A stretch of DNA of 64,000 nucleotides from Acetobacteraceae bacterium (GCA_965246925.1 OZ251994.1:1060557-1124556); one strand, 5' to 3'; numbered from the stretch's first letter, positions 8,726 to 20,000 are shown. Notes: generated from the letters alone by a model not told the origin. Translations and numbers: made by a program.

Positions 8726-9640
8726 CTATACCCGGGCCCGCCAGTCTTCCAGCACGTCTCGCAACGTGGTTTCCCATAGGATGGCGGGTGACCAGCCCAG
8801 TAGCTCGCGGGCACGCCTCGCGTTGCCGGTGGCGGTGGGGATGTCCGTGGGGCGGATGCGGGTGGCGTCGGTTCGGATGTCGGGCTCGATGCCGGCGAGC
8901 GCGATGAGGGTGGCCAGGATGTCGCCCACGCGGCGCGGCACGCCCGAAGCGAGGTTCAGCACGGTGCCGGGCGCCAAGTTGGCGGCGAGGCAGGCGGCGT
9001 AACCGGCGCAGACGTCCCGCACGTCGAGGAAATCCCGGAACGGAGTGAGGGAGCCCACGTGCAGCACCGGCTCCTGCTGGCCGGCGGCGATGCGCGCGAC
9101 CTGCCGGGCGAAGGCGGGGACGACGAAGGCGTCGGACTGGCCGGGGCCGGTGTGGTTGAAGGGGCGGACGCGGATGGCGCGCAGGCCCTCGGCCGCCATG
9201 GCGCCCAGCGCGAGGTCGGCGGCGGCCTTGGTAGCGGCATAGGTGTTGAGCGGGGCCAGGGCCGCATCCTCGTCCAGCGCCTGTCCGGTGCGGAAAGTGG
9301 CGCCGTAGAGGTCCGCCGTGCTGGCGAATAGCAGGGTGCAGGCGGGCGCGGCTGCCAGTACGGCGCGGGCGAGGTTCAAGGTACCGTGCAGATTGACGCG
9401 CCAGGCCTGGTCCGGATCGGCGCGGGCGTCCTGGATGGCGGCGATGGCGGCCAGATGCACCACCGCGTCCGGACGCACCGCCGCGATCTCGGCCTGCAGC
9501 GCCGCCGGGTCGGTGACGTCGGCGGCAAGGCCCGCCAGGTCGGCCCCTGGATAGGCGGTGCGCAGCGCCGGCATCAGGTGCCCGCCCACGAAACCCGCGG
9601 CGCCGGTGACCAGAATGCGCTGCGGCATCGTGGGCAGCAT
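8726..9640 (-). CDS. rmd: GDP-4-dehydro-6-deoxy-D-mannose reductase (GDP-D-rhamnose synthesis)
   Basis: 304-aa SDR. ILVTGAAGFVGGHL Rossmann motif and VRPFNHTGPGQSDAFVVPAFARQVARI are very like Pseudomonas Rmd as recalled. Lies immediately downstream of gmd. Confidence 0.8.
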   Translation of the reverse strand: MLPTMPQRILVTGAAGFVGGHLMPALRTAYPGADLAGLAADVTDPAALQAEIAAVRPDAVVHLAAIAAIQDARADPDQAWRVNLHGTLNLARAVLAAAPACTLLFASTADLYGATFRTGQALDEDAALAPLNTYAATKAAADLALGAMAAEGLRAIRVRPFNHTGPGQSDAFVVPAFARQVARIAAGQQEPVLHVGSLTPFRDFLDVRDVCAGYAACLAANLAPGTVLNLASGVPRRVGDILATLIALAGIEPDIRTDATRIRPTDIPTATGNARRARELLGWSPAILWETTLRDVLEDWRARV

Positions 9641-9646
9641 GGGGTG

Positions 9647-11124
<1,478 letters not shown>

Positions 11125-11184
11125 AGCACTTACCGACCAGGCGGAATCGCCTGGACGGTAGTAGTGCCCGCCAAACTTGAAAAA

Positions 11185-11235
11185 CTAGAGCCCAAGCCGA
11201 CCCACTTCGGTCGGATTGGGCTCTAGCCTTTTTCC
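11185..11235. terminator. Bidirectional rho-independent terminator
   Basis: CTAGAGCCCAAGCCGACC-CACTTC-GGTCGGATTGGGCTCTAG is a long hairpin flanked by GAAAAA on one side and CCTTTTT on the other. It sits between convergent genes and contains the stop codon of the minus-strand gene. Confidence 0.6.
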
Positions 11236-12335
11236 GGCTCGGCCGCGTTGATCAGCGTCGGCGGCTTGATGGGCGGCAGGTCCCGCACCTGGTCCGGCAG
11301 CGGCGCGCGAAGGCGGCGATACGGTGGCAGGCTCTGCGCCCGTCCGGTCAGCAACGCCTGCTCGATGGCCAGGATGACCCGGACATCCAGCAACCCCTCC
11401 TCACCATCCGGCTCCGGGTCGAGCCCGTTCAGGATGCAGTCCGAGAAATAATGCGTCTCACCGCCGAACTGGTCGGTGGCGGGAAAGTCGCTCTTGGTCT
11501 TGCTGCTACCGACACGAAGTTGTTGCGCGAGCGCGCCGCGGAGCGTGAACCCCGGGTTCACCAGCAGATCGGCGTCCGTGCCGACGACGCGGTATTCGTT
11601 GATGGCATTCAAGCCATAGGCCACGGTGAACTGCGCCATCCGGTCCCCGGGAAAGCGGAGCATGACGCTGACGGTATCATCGAAATCCCAGCCCTGCGTG
11701 CGCAGGCCCCAAGCCATTACCTCCACCGGCTCGGCGGCGAACAGCATGCGGGCGGCGTTGATGGGGTAGGGCCCCATATCAGCCACCGGCCCAGCCCAGA
11801 AGCCATGCTGCGCCCGGTGATTGCTGTCGGACACGTGCTGCGTGAACGTGGAGGTGAACAGCCGGGCGTGGCCCAGATGCTGGCCCCGCACGAGGCGCAG
11901 CGCTTCGAGCGTCGCAGGCTCGAAGTGCAAGCGATAGGCGATCATCAGCTTGGCGCCGGTCTTGTCCGCCGCGGCCTGGATGGCCTTGCAATCCGCCTCG
12001 CTCACCTCCATCGGCTTTTCCAACAGAACATGCAGCCCGGCCTCGAGCGCGGGCACGGCGAACTCGCGGTGGCGCCAGTTGGGGGTGGCGATATAGACGG
12101 CGTCGAACCCGCCGCTGTCGATCGCGGCCTGCCAGGCGTCGTAGTGATATAGACGCTGGATGCCATAGCGGCGTCCGAGTGCCTCGGCCTTGTCGCTGTC
12201 GCTGGTGACTAGCGCGGTCATCTCGGAATTGCCGGTGTGGTCAACGCCGGGCATGAAGGCGGCTTGGCTGATCCAGCCGGCACCGACCACGGCGTAGCGC
12301 ACTTTCCGGCCCTCGACCTTTACTGCCATCATCAC
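11223..12335 (-). CDS. Gfo/Idh/MocA family oxidoreductase
   Basis: VRYAVVGAGWISQ Rossmann motif, EKP motif (LLEKPM), 370 aa. Confidence 0.85.
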   Translation of the reverse strand: MMMAVKVEGRKVRYAVVGAGWISQAAFMPGVDHTGNSEMTALVTSDSDKAEALGRRYGIQRLYHYDAWQAAIDSGGFDAVYIATPNWRHREFAVPALEAGLHVLLEKPMEVSEADCKAIQAAADKTGAKLMIAYRLHFEPATLEALRLVRGQHLGHARLFTSTFTQHVSDSNHRAQHGFWAGPVADMGPYPINAARMLFAAEPVEVMAWGLRTQGWDFDDTVSVMLRFPGDRMAQFTVAYGLNAINEYRVVGTDADLLVNPGFTLRGALAQQLRVGSSKTKSDFPATDQFGGETHYFSDCILNGLDPEPDGEEGLLDVRVILAIEQALLTGRAQSLPPYRRLRAPLPDQVRDLPPIKPPTLINAAEPEKG

Positions 12336-12380
12336 ACTCCCTTGCCGGGACAGGAGCGCACGGGGCGCGGCCGGGTTGCG

Positions 12381-12827
12381 TTACGGCATGATGTCGGGTG
12401 CGGCGCAGGACGCTGGAATAAGGGCGTCGGCGTCGAGACGGCCGGCTTTGTAGTCCTCCAGCCGGGCGCGGAAAGCGCGGTAGGCATCGGTAGCCTGCTG
12501 CGCGCGGCAGGTCATGCTCATGCCGTCGAGCTGGAGAGGCAGGCCTCCGATGCGCTCGACGGTTTGCTCCCGCCACTCGCGCGCATAGGCGGCCTGGGCG
12601 CGGGTGCGCTGCGCGTAGGCCGTGCGGGCGGATGCGGAAAACGGGCACGTGGCGAAGCGGGCGGCCAGCGCCTGACGGAACATACGCCCGGCCAGCGCGT
12701 CCCCGCAGGCGTCGAACTGGTATAGCGAGAGGGCATAGGCGTGCTCGAACGCTTCCGGATTATCGAGCGTGGGTTCCGCCCAGGCGGGTCCGGCGCAGAG
12801 CAGCGCGGCGAGGGCGAGGCGCCTCAT
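12381..12827 (-). CDS. Periplasmic hypothetical protein
   Basis: Signal peptide MRRLALAALLCAGPAWA. The start overlaps the cytochrome c stop (ATGA). No family recognised. Confidence 0.5.
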   Translation of the reverse strand: MRRLALAALLCAGPAWAEPTLDNPEAFEHAYALSLYQFDACGDALAGRMFRQALAARFATCPFSASARTAYAQRTRAQAAYAREWREQTVERIGGLPLQLDGMSMTCRAQQATDAYRAFRARLEDYKAGRLDADALIPASCAAPDIMP

Positions 12828-13393
12828 GGATAGGCCGCCAGGAATTCGGCGAGGGCGCCGATATCGGTGTCGGACAGGCCGGAAGCGGCCTCGGACATGG
12901 CGGCCACGCCCACGCTGGGCCGGGCGCCGCTGCGGTAGTCGATGAGGGCTTTCACCAGGTAGTCCTTCTGCTGGTGGGCGACGGCGGGGGCGGCGCGGTT
13001 CCCGGCGAAATTGTCGGTATGGCAGGACGAGCAGCGATGCTGGGCGGCGATCTCGGCGCCGGATTGCTGCAGCGCCGGGTCGGTAGCGGGATGCGGTGAG
13101 GGGGGAGTCAGAGTGGCGTAGTAAGCGCCGATGTTGCGGACGTCCTCATCGGTCAGGCCGGCAGCGAGCGGACCCATGATCTCGTTTACCCGGCGTCCGG
13201 AGCGGAAGAACACCAATTGCCATTGCAGGAAGTTGTCCTTCTGCCCGGCGAGCGACGGTATGGAGGAGACGGCAGAGATGCCTTGCGCGCCATGGCAGGC
13301 CTTGCAGGTTTGTGCCCGGGCCTCACCGGCGGCCGGGTCCGCGGCGTAGGCGGGCGCGGCCAATACTAGGAAGACGACAGCCGCAAGCCGCAT
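12824..13393 (-). CDS. Dihaem c-type cytochrome (c4-like)
   Basis: Signal peptide plus two CxxCH motifs (CKACH, CSSCH). Confidence 0.85.
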   Translation of the reverse strand: MRLAAVVFLVLAAPAYAADPAAGEARAQTCKACHGAQGISAVSSIPSLAGQKDNFLQWQLVFFRSGRRVNEIMGPLAAGLTDEDVRNIGAYYATLTPPSPHPATDPALQQSGAEIAAQHRCSSCHTDNFAGNRAAPAVAHQQKDYLVKALIDYRSGARPSVGVAAMSEAASGLSDTDIGALAEFLAAYP

Positions 13394-13400
13394 AGGACCC

Positions 13401-13483
13401 CCAAGAACGGTAGGTGGACAAGCGTAGCGCCATCCACCTCTTTAAAGGGCGACCGCCGTAGGGTGGATGGCGCCACGCTTACC
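13401..13483. repeat. Pair of inverted REP-like elements (BIME-like)
   Basis: Arm 13410-13428 (AAGCGTAGCGCCATCCACC) is the reverse complement of 13452-13470 with one mismatch. A second hairpin pairs 13446-13456 with 13473-13483 (CCGTAGGGTGG/CCACCCTACGG). The two foldings are mutually exclusive. Confidence 0.5.
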
Positions 13484-13501
13484 CACCCTACGGAAGAAGT
13501 G

Positions 13502-14767
13502 TTACTTACTATAGCTGATCCGATAGATCGCCCCGGCCCAGTCATCCGCAATCAAGATCGAGCCGTCTTTGGCCTGAATGATGTCCGCCGGGCGACCGCT
13601 ATAGTCCTGATCGCCGGTCAGCCAACCCTGGGCGAATACCTCCTGCCGGGCATTCTTGCCGTCCGCATCGACCACGACCCGCTCGATCCGGGCACCCTGA
13701 TATTTGTGCCGGTTCCAGGACCCGTGCTCGGCCACGAAGATATTGTTCTTATACTCGGCCGGGAACATGTCGCCGGTGTAGAACTTCATGCCCAGCGGCG
13801 CGACGTGCGCGCCAAGGTTCACGACCGGGGGCGTGAACTCACTGCATTTATGTCCGCGGGCGAACTTGGGGTCCGGCAGGTCACCCTGGTGGCAATAGGG
13901 ATAGCCGAAATGCTCGCCGATCTTGGTGATGTGGTTCAGCTTGTCGCTGGGAATGTCGTCGCTCATCCAGTCCCGCGCGTTCTCGGTAAACCAATACTCG
14001 CCCGTACGCGGATCGATATCGCCGCCCACGCTGTTGCGCACACCGAGCGCCACGATTTCCGCCAGGCCCGTCTTGGGATCCACCCGGCGGATCTGCGACA
14101 GGCTCGTGGGGGCGATGCCGACGTTGAACGGGGGGCCAAACGGCAAATACATTTCACCGGAGGTCTTGTCCGTCACGATGTATTTCCAGCCATGCGCCAC
14201 ATAGGACGGCATGTCGTCATAGGCGACGACCGGGGCCGGCATGTGATCCAGATTGGCTTCCGGGTTGTCATAGCGCAGCAGCTTGTCGATCGCGACCACG
14301 TACAACGATCCGTCCCGCACCGCGAGACCGGTGGGCATATTGAGGCCCTTCAGAATGGTCTTCACACTCTTAGTGCCGTCGGTGCCCGTTGTCACAGCAT
14401 AGACGTTGGTGGCGTTATACGAGCCCACGAACAGGGTGCCGTTGTCACCCCACGCCATCTGCCGCGCCTCGGGTAAGCCGGAGGCATAAACCTCGATCTT
14501 GAAGCCGGCGGGAAGGGTGATCTTCTTGAGATTGTCCTGCAGCTCCGCCAATGGCGTGGGGGTGGCGGGTCCAGAGGGCGGGGCGAGGCCCTTCATGCTT
14601 TCGGTTTCGTCACCAAGGAACCAATCCGGCGGCGGCTTCTGCCAGAAGCTGGGCTTGCTGCTGTCATAGCTTTTCAGGTCTGCGGCATGCGCCGCGGTGA
14701 CACAGAACCCGGCGATCGCCAGGGAGGCGAGCGCGGTGGTCGAACGCGCCAGGAGTATCGTTTTCAC
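13502..14767 (-). CDS. PQQ-dependent sugar dehydrogenase (sorbosone dehydrogenase family)
   Basis: Beta-propeller-type sequence with GEHFGYPYCHQG and RNSVGGDIDPRTGEYWFTENARD motifs. GTG at 14767 behind GGAG gives a signal peptide (VKTILLARSTTALASLAIAGFCVTAAHA). The ORF could extend to 14809. Confidence 0.8.
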   Translation of the reverse strand: MKTILLARSTTALASLAIAGFCVTAAHAADLKSYDSSKPSFWQKPPPDWFLGDETESMKGLAPPSGPATPTPLAELQDNLKKITLPAGFKIEVYASGLPEARQMAWGDNGTLFVGSYNATNVYAVTTGTDGTKSVKTILKGLNMPTGLAVRDGSLYVVAIDKLLRYDNPEANLDHMPAPVVAYDDMPSYVAHGWKYIVTDKTSGEMYLPFGPPFNVGIAPTSLSQIRRVDPKTGLAEIVALGVRNSVGGDIDPRTGEYWFTENARDWMSDDIPSDKLNHITKIGEHFGYPYCHQGDLPDPKFARGHKCSEFTPPVVNLGAHVAPLGMKFYTGDMFPAEYKNNIFVAEHGSWNRHKYQGARIERVVVDADGKNARQEVFAQGWLTGDQDYSGRPADIIQAKDGSILIADDWAGAIYRISYSK

Positions 14768-14941
14768 GATGTTGGGCTCCGCTTCCTCGATGCGCGGCTT
14801 GATTGCCACGTCCCGGTTAACGGATCATGGGCCCGGTTGTATTGCAACACTAACTCACGCCACCGCCGTTATTTTTCGGGTGAGGGTTGCGTTCCTTGGC
14901 GCGAGGGCCATTTCGATTCGCGACCGCTCCTTTGTTTCCGC

Positions 14942-15166
14942 CTAGGATTTTGCAGAATGTTTGGGGGCTGCCGGGCCGTGGCGGCCGGAGGGGCGGGTGC
15001 CGCCGTCGGGTGGGCCTTGGTGGGCGCCGCTGTCGTTCTTGCCCTTCTGCTGCGCCTTCTCCTTGGCGTCGTGATGGTGCGTCTCTGGCTTGTCGGCATT
15101 CTGCTTGCTGCTGCCCGGTCCGCCTACGGTGCGGTCGGCGTGTTCGGTCTTGGTGTTCGTCATCAT
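14942..15166 (-). CDS. Small hydrophilic low-complexity protein
   Basis: An AGGAGG SD lies 5 nt upstream of ATGATG (MMTNTKTEHADR...). Lys/His/Gly-rich, 74 aa. Four other ORFs overlap here, so coding status is uncertain. Confidence 0.45.
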   Translation of the reverse strand: MMTNTKTEHADRTVGGPGSSKQNADKPETHHHDAKEKAQQKGKNDSGAHQGPPDGGTRPSGRHGPAAPKHSAKS

Positions 15167-15216
15167 CGGTCCTCCTGCGGGCACAACGCCTCAGACCGCA
15201 TCCGGATTGGCGGCCA

Positions 15217-15513
15217 TCACTCGTTGAAGTAAGCATCGATATCGCGTCGGCCGTCGAGCACGTTGATGATCTCTATGGTGCCCTCTTTGTATGTGAACAA
15301 AATAACATAGCCTTTGTATGCCCAACTTCGCATGTTTGGTAGCAATTCCGCCCTAGAGCGCCCCAGCGTTCCAGGAAGGGTTGCAATATTCTGGCATTGC
15401 TGACGGAGCTCGTTGGTGAAAGTAACGGCCCGGGTCGGATTATCGCGACCGATATACTCTAAGATTGCCTCGAGATCAGCGCTGGCAGCCTCCCGAAACA
15501 GAAGGTTACGCAT
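15217..15513 (-). CDS. parE: Type II toxin, ParE/RelE family
   Basis: 98 aa. The FREAASADLEAILEYIGRDNPTRA ... YVILFTY pattern is typical of ParE. Overlaps the upstream antitoxin by 8 nt. Confidence 0.85.
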   Translation of the reverse strand: MRNLLFREAASADLEAILEYIGRDNPTRAVTFTNELRQQCQNIATLPGTLGRSRAELLPNMRSWAYKGYVILFTYKEGTIEIINVLDGRRDIDAYFNE

Positions 15514-15757
15514 CCCTGCTCAAGCCGAGCGCCAGCGCACGCCTTTCGAGCCTGCGGCCAACCTCCTCATCACTGATGGATGGACGGGGATCGTTGATGG
15601 ATGCTAGCAGCGTCGCCCGCAACGCCTCCAGCTTCGCCTCCCGTTCCTGCACGAGCCGCAAGCCTTCGCGGACGACTTCGCTGGCGGAGGCGTAGCGGCC
15701 GCTCTTGACGGCAGCCTCGACAAATCCCTCTAGACCGTCGCCAATCGATACGTTCAT
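15506..15757 (-). CDS. parD: Type II antitoxin, ParD family (ribbon-helix-helix)
   Basis: 83 aa. GRYASASEVVREGLRLVQERE is the ParD/CopG-type RHH signature. Confidence 0.8.
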   Translation of the reverse strand: MNVSIGDGLEGFVEAAVKSGRYASASEVVREGLRLVQEREAKLEALRATLLASINDPRPSISDEEVGRRLERRALALGLSRDA

Positions 15758-15840
15758 GAATGCCCTCCAAGCCTTGCAACCTTCTTATAACAAAGAATGC
15801 ACGATCTTTGTCATCCGATTTTGCCCAAAGGAGACCGGAC

Positions 15841-17040
15841 ATGCCTGAGGCCTTCATCTGCGACGCCATCCGCACCCCCATCGGACGCTACGCCGGCGCA
15901 TTGAAGGACGTCCGGGCCGATGATCTTGCGGCAAACCCCATCCGGGCCCTCATCGCCCGCAATCCGGGCGTGGATTGGGAGCAGCTGGACGACACCATCA
16001 TGGGCTGCGCCAATCAGGCCGGAGAGGATAACCGCAACGTGGCGCGAATGGCGACGCTTCTGGCCGGCCTTCCCCTCACCGTGCCCGGCGCCACCGTCAA
16101 CCGGCTCTGCGGCTCCGGCCTCGACGCCATCGGCACCGCCGCTCGTGCCATCCGCGCCGGCGAGGCCCATCTCATGCTCGCCGGCGGCGTGGAGAGCATG
16201 ACCCGCGCCCCGTTCGTCATGGCGAAATCGACCGAGGCCTTCGCCCGGCAGGCCGAGATCCACGACACCACCATCGGCTGGCGCTTCGTGAACGGCCTCA
16301 TGAAGACCATGTACGGCACCGACAGCATGCCTGAAACCGGCGAGAACGTGGCCGAGCAGTTCCAGATCACCCGCGCCGCCCAGGACGCGTTCGCGCTGCG
16401 CAGCCAAGAGAAATGCGCCGCCGCTCAAGCATCCGGCTACCTCGCCGCCGAGATCGCCCCCGTCACCATCAAGGGCCGCCGCGGCGACACGGTGGTGGAC
16501 CGGGACGAACATCCCCGCGAAACGACGCTGGAGGCCCTGGCCGCGCTCAAGACGCCGTTCCGCACGCCGGGCACGGTGACGGCCGGGAACGCGTCGGGCG
16601 TGAATGACGGCGCGGCCATGCTGATCCTCGCCAGCGAAGACGCCGCCCGGCGCCACGGCCTCACGCCCCGCGCCCGGGTGGTCGGCATGGCGACGGCCGG
16701 GGTGGCGCCGCGCATCATGGGCGTGGGCCCGGTGCCCGCCGTGCAGAAGCTGCTGGCCCAGACCGGCCTCACGCTGGGCGAGGTCGACGTCATCGAGCTG
16801 AACGAGGCCTTCGCCGCCCAGGCGCTGGCCGTGTTGCGGCAGCTCGGCGTGGCCGACGACGACCCGCGCGTGAACCCGCACGGCGGGGCGATCGCGCTGG
16901 GCCACCCGCTCGGCGCATCCGGCGCCCGCCTCGCCATGACGGCGGTGCACGCGCTCCAAACCACCGGCGGCCGCCGCGCCATTATCACGATGTGCATCGG
17001 CGTCGGTCAGGGCATCGCAGCGTTGGTGGAGCGGGTCTAA
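15841..17040 (+). CDS. pcaF: 3-oxoadipyl-CoA / acetyl-CoA C-acyltransferase (thiolase)
   Basis: MPEAFICDAIRTPIGRYAGALKDVRADDLAA is typical of PcaF/PaaJ. NRLCGSGL active-site Cys and C-terminal CIGVGQG are present. AAGGAG SD precedes ATG 15841. PcaF versus PaaJ cannot be resolved here. Confidence 0.9.
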   Translation: MPEAFICDAIRTPIGRYAGALKDVRADDLAANPIRALIARNPGVDWEQLDDTIMGCANQAGEDNRNVARMATLLAGLPLTVPGATVNRLCGSGLDAIGTAARAIRAGEAHLMLAGGVESMTRAPFVMAKSTEAFARQAEIHDTTIGWRFVNGLMKTMYGTDSMPETGENVAEQFQITRAAQDAFALRSQEKCAAAQASGYLAAEIAPVTIKGRRGDTVVDRDEHPRETTLEALAALKTPFRTPGTVTAGNASGVNDGAAMLILASEDAARRHGLTPRARVVGMATAGVAPRIMGVGPVPAVQKLLAQTGLTLGEVDVIELNEAFAAQALAVLRQLGVADDDPRVNPHGGAIALGHPLGASGARLAMTAVHALQTTGGRRAIITMCIGVGQGIAALVERV

Positions 17041-20000
17041 ACCGCAAACGCAACCCGCCCCTCCGCCTGTCCGAACGCCACGAAATGCAGCAGCGGATCC
17101 ACTCCAGCCGCCCGGATGTCAGCGTAGGCGGCGAGGTATTTGCTGGTGCTGAATTGCGCCGACGGATCGCGGCCTTCTCGCCAGCCGTTGGCCTCGTAGT
17201 GCAGCAGCGGATCGATGTGCGCGGCCGCCACGTCCGGGTTGTGGCTTAGGTAATAAGCCGTGTTGAAATACGCGTCCGGGTTCAGCCCGCGCTGCCAGCC
17301 CACCGCATCGTAGCTCGCCGCCGCCTGCTGCTGCGCCGCCACGCCGGTCGGAATGAGGGTGGCACCCAACTGGGGGTCGTAATACGCCGCCTGCACCAGC
17401 GGATCCGCCGCGGCGGACGGGCCAGACAGGAACGCGGCGCGGCCCTCGTTCTGGCCGCTTTGCACGTAATGCAATAGCGGATCGATCCCCGCCGCCGCCA
17501 CGTCCGGATTGGCGGCGAAGTATTTGGCGTCGGAGAACAGAAGGCTCGGGTCCCGCGCCTCCCGCCAGCCATTCGCCTCGAAATGCAGCAGCGGATCGAT
17601 ATGGGCGGCGGCGATGTCCGGGTTCTGGGTCAGATAGAAATTCGTGTCGAACAGCGCGTCGGGATTGCGCCCCTCCATCCACCCGCTGCTGAGGTAGTGC
17701 GTCGCCGCGTCCACTCCGGCCGCCTTCACGTCCGGGTTGTGCGCGTAATAATACGCTGCATCCACCAGCGGATCGGTCAGCGTGCCGACCGCGAACGCCG
17801 CCCGCCCCTCGGCCTTGCCGCTCTGCACATAATGCAACAACGGATCGATCCCCGCCGCCTTCACATCCGGGTTGGCGGCCAGGTAGTCGCTGGTGCTGAA
17901 CGAAGCCGACGGATCACGCCCGGCCTGCCAGCCGCCATTCTCGAAATCCTGCAGCGGGTTCACGCCGGGGGTGATGGGATTGTGCGCCAGGTAGTAGCCG
18001 GTGCTGAACAGGGCGCTGGGATCCCGGCCTTCCTTCCAGCCCAGGGTGACGTAGTGCTGGTAGGGGTCGATGCCGGCGGCGGCGATGTCCGGGTTGTGTG
18101 CGAGGTAGTACACCGGGTCGAACAATGGATCGCCCGCCACCAGCTTCTGCCCGCCCGCGCCATCGGCGACCAGGGTGACGCTGACGCCGGGGGCGAGGCC
18201 GGCCAGCGTCTCCGTCCCCACGACCGAGGCGCCCTGGCGCACCGTGATGACGCTGCCGGCCAGTGAAGCCGCGAGCCCGGCGCCGAAATCCAGCGCGTCC
18301 CCGATCGCGAAGCCGGTGACCTGTCCATTGCCGGCCAGCGCATTGACTCTGATGACCGAGTTCAACCCGCTGAACTGCAGCGTCTGCCCGCCCAATCCGC
18401 CCAGCACCAGCGTGCCGCCGTTGGCGCCCAAGGTGCCGGTGCCGCTCACGCTATCGACCGACAAGGTGCCGCCCGTGGCGGTAACGGCGCCATTGACTCG
18501 CACGGACGCGTGCACCGTGCCGGCGCCACCAAGGGTCGCGCCCTGGTCCACAGTCAGCAGCCCTGCCGTCCCGGCGCTGGCGCCGATCACGCCGGTGCCC
18601 GTCCCATCGACCGTCAATGACGACCCGGCGAAGCTGGACAGGTTGGCCGCCCGGAACAGGCCGCCGGACATGACGGAGAGCGTGCCCGTGCCGCCCGCCG
18701 CCAGCCCCGATCCGGGATTGCCGCCGCCCAGCACGGCGAGCCCCGCCGCATTCAACATAGACCCGGCGCCGGATACGGTCACGGTGCCCACGCCCCCGGC
18801 CAACGAGCCGACATTCAGCGCCGATTCCGTGTCGGCATACGCGGCGCCGGAGGTGACGGTTCCGCCCGCCAGCACCGACAGCGTGCCGGTCCCGGCGCGC
18901 CCGACCGACAGCCAGTCTCCACTGGTGGTGAGGGATGAGCCGGCGCCGGTCACAGTGACGGTGCCGCTGGTGCCGGCATCGTTGCCCAGCACCGCGCCGG
19001 GCGTGGCCAGCACGTGCAATCCGCCCGCCTTTAGCGTGCCGCCGCCCTGGATGGTGACGGTGCCGGTGCCGCCGGGCCGGTCGACGCCGGAACCAACGAG
19101 CAGCTGTGCGTCCACCAGGACACGGCCCGCCGTGTCCACCGTGACGGAGCCGGAGGTGCCGCGCCGCCCTACGTCTAGATTGCCGAGGGTGTGCAGCATC
19201 GCGCCATTGCTGACCCGCGCCGTGCCCGTTCCGCCGAACAGCAGCGGGCTGTTGGGCATACCGTTTGCGCCCAGCGTGGGGGTGCCGTCGCCGATGGTGA
19301 CGGCGTATTCCAAGGCCGTGCCGCCGGCCCCCTGCCCGCCCGTGAAGGTGCCTCCCTGATCCACGATCAGCGTCCCTGTCCCGGCACGCCCGACGAAAAC
19401 GTAGCCTGACGCCGTATAGCTGGAACCCATGCCCGAAACCGTCAGCAACCCGGCGGCGCCGGCAGTTCGCCCGATGGCCAGCGCCGCGTTGACCGCGCTA
19501 TCGGCCGACGACGACCTAACCGTCCCCCCGCCCGACACCGTCGCGCTGCCGGTGCCGCTATAGCCGATCGCCACGCCGTTGGCACCGGAATCGAGGGTCG
19601 CGCCCGCGCCGTTGACCGTAAGGATCCCAGACGTACTGGCTGAGTTTCCCACCACGACATAGTATTTGCTGGTGTCACCGGCCGCAGTGAGCGCGACGTT
19701 GCCGCCATCCTGCACGCTCAGGCTCCCGGCGCCGTTCGGGTTGGTGGTGCCGCTTCCCAGGAAGAGCTGGCCGCCGAGATTAAGCCGGCTGCCGACGCCG
19801 GCCACCAGCACGGAACCGCTATCGCCTTGATTGCCCGCCACCAGCGTGTTTTCCAGCGTCGCTACCCCGCCCAGCAACACGCTGAAGCTGCCGGAGCCGC
19901 CAAACGCGGCAACACCGTTGATGGTGCCGCCCGCGCCGATAGTGTTCTGGTCCGTGGCCACGACGGAGGTCTGCGTCAGGACGCCGGCGTTGCTGACCGT

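Noticed and set aside
17037-17040. Overlapping stop codons (CTAA) of the convergent thiolase and giant-protein genes with no terminator between them.
   Set aside because: It is seen in the sequence but is probably just compact gene packing. No structure or motif supports a regulatory role.
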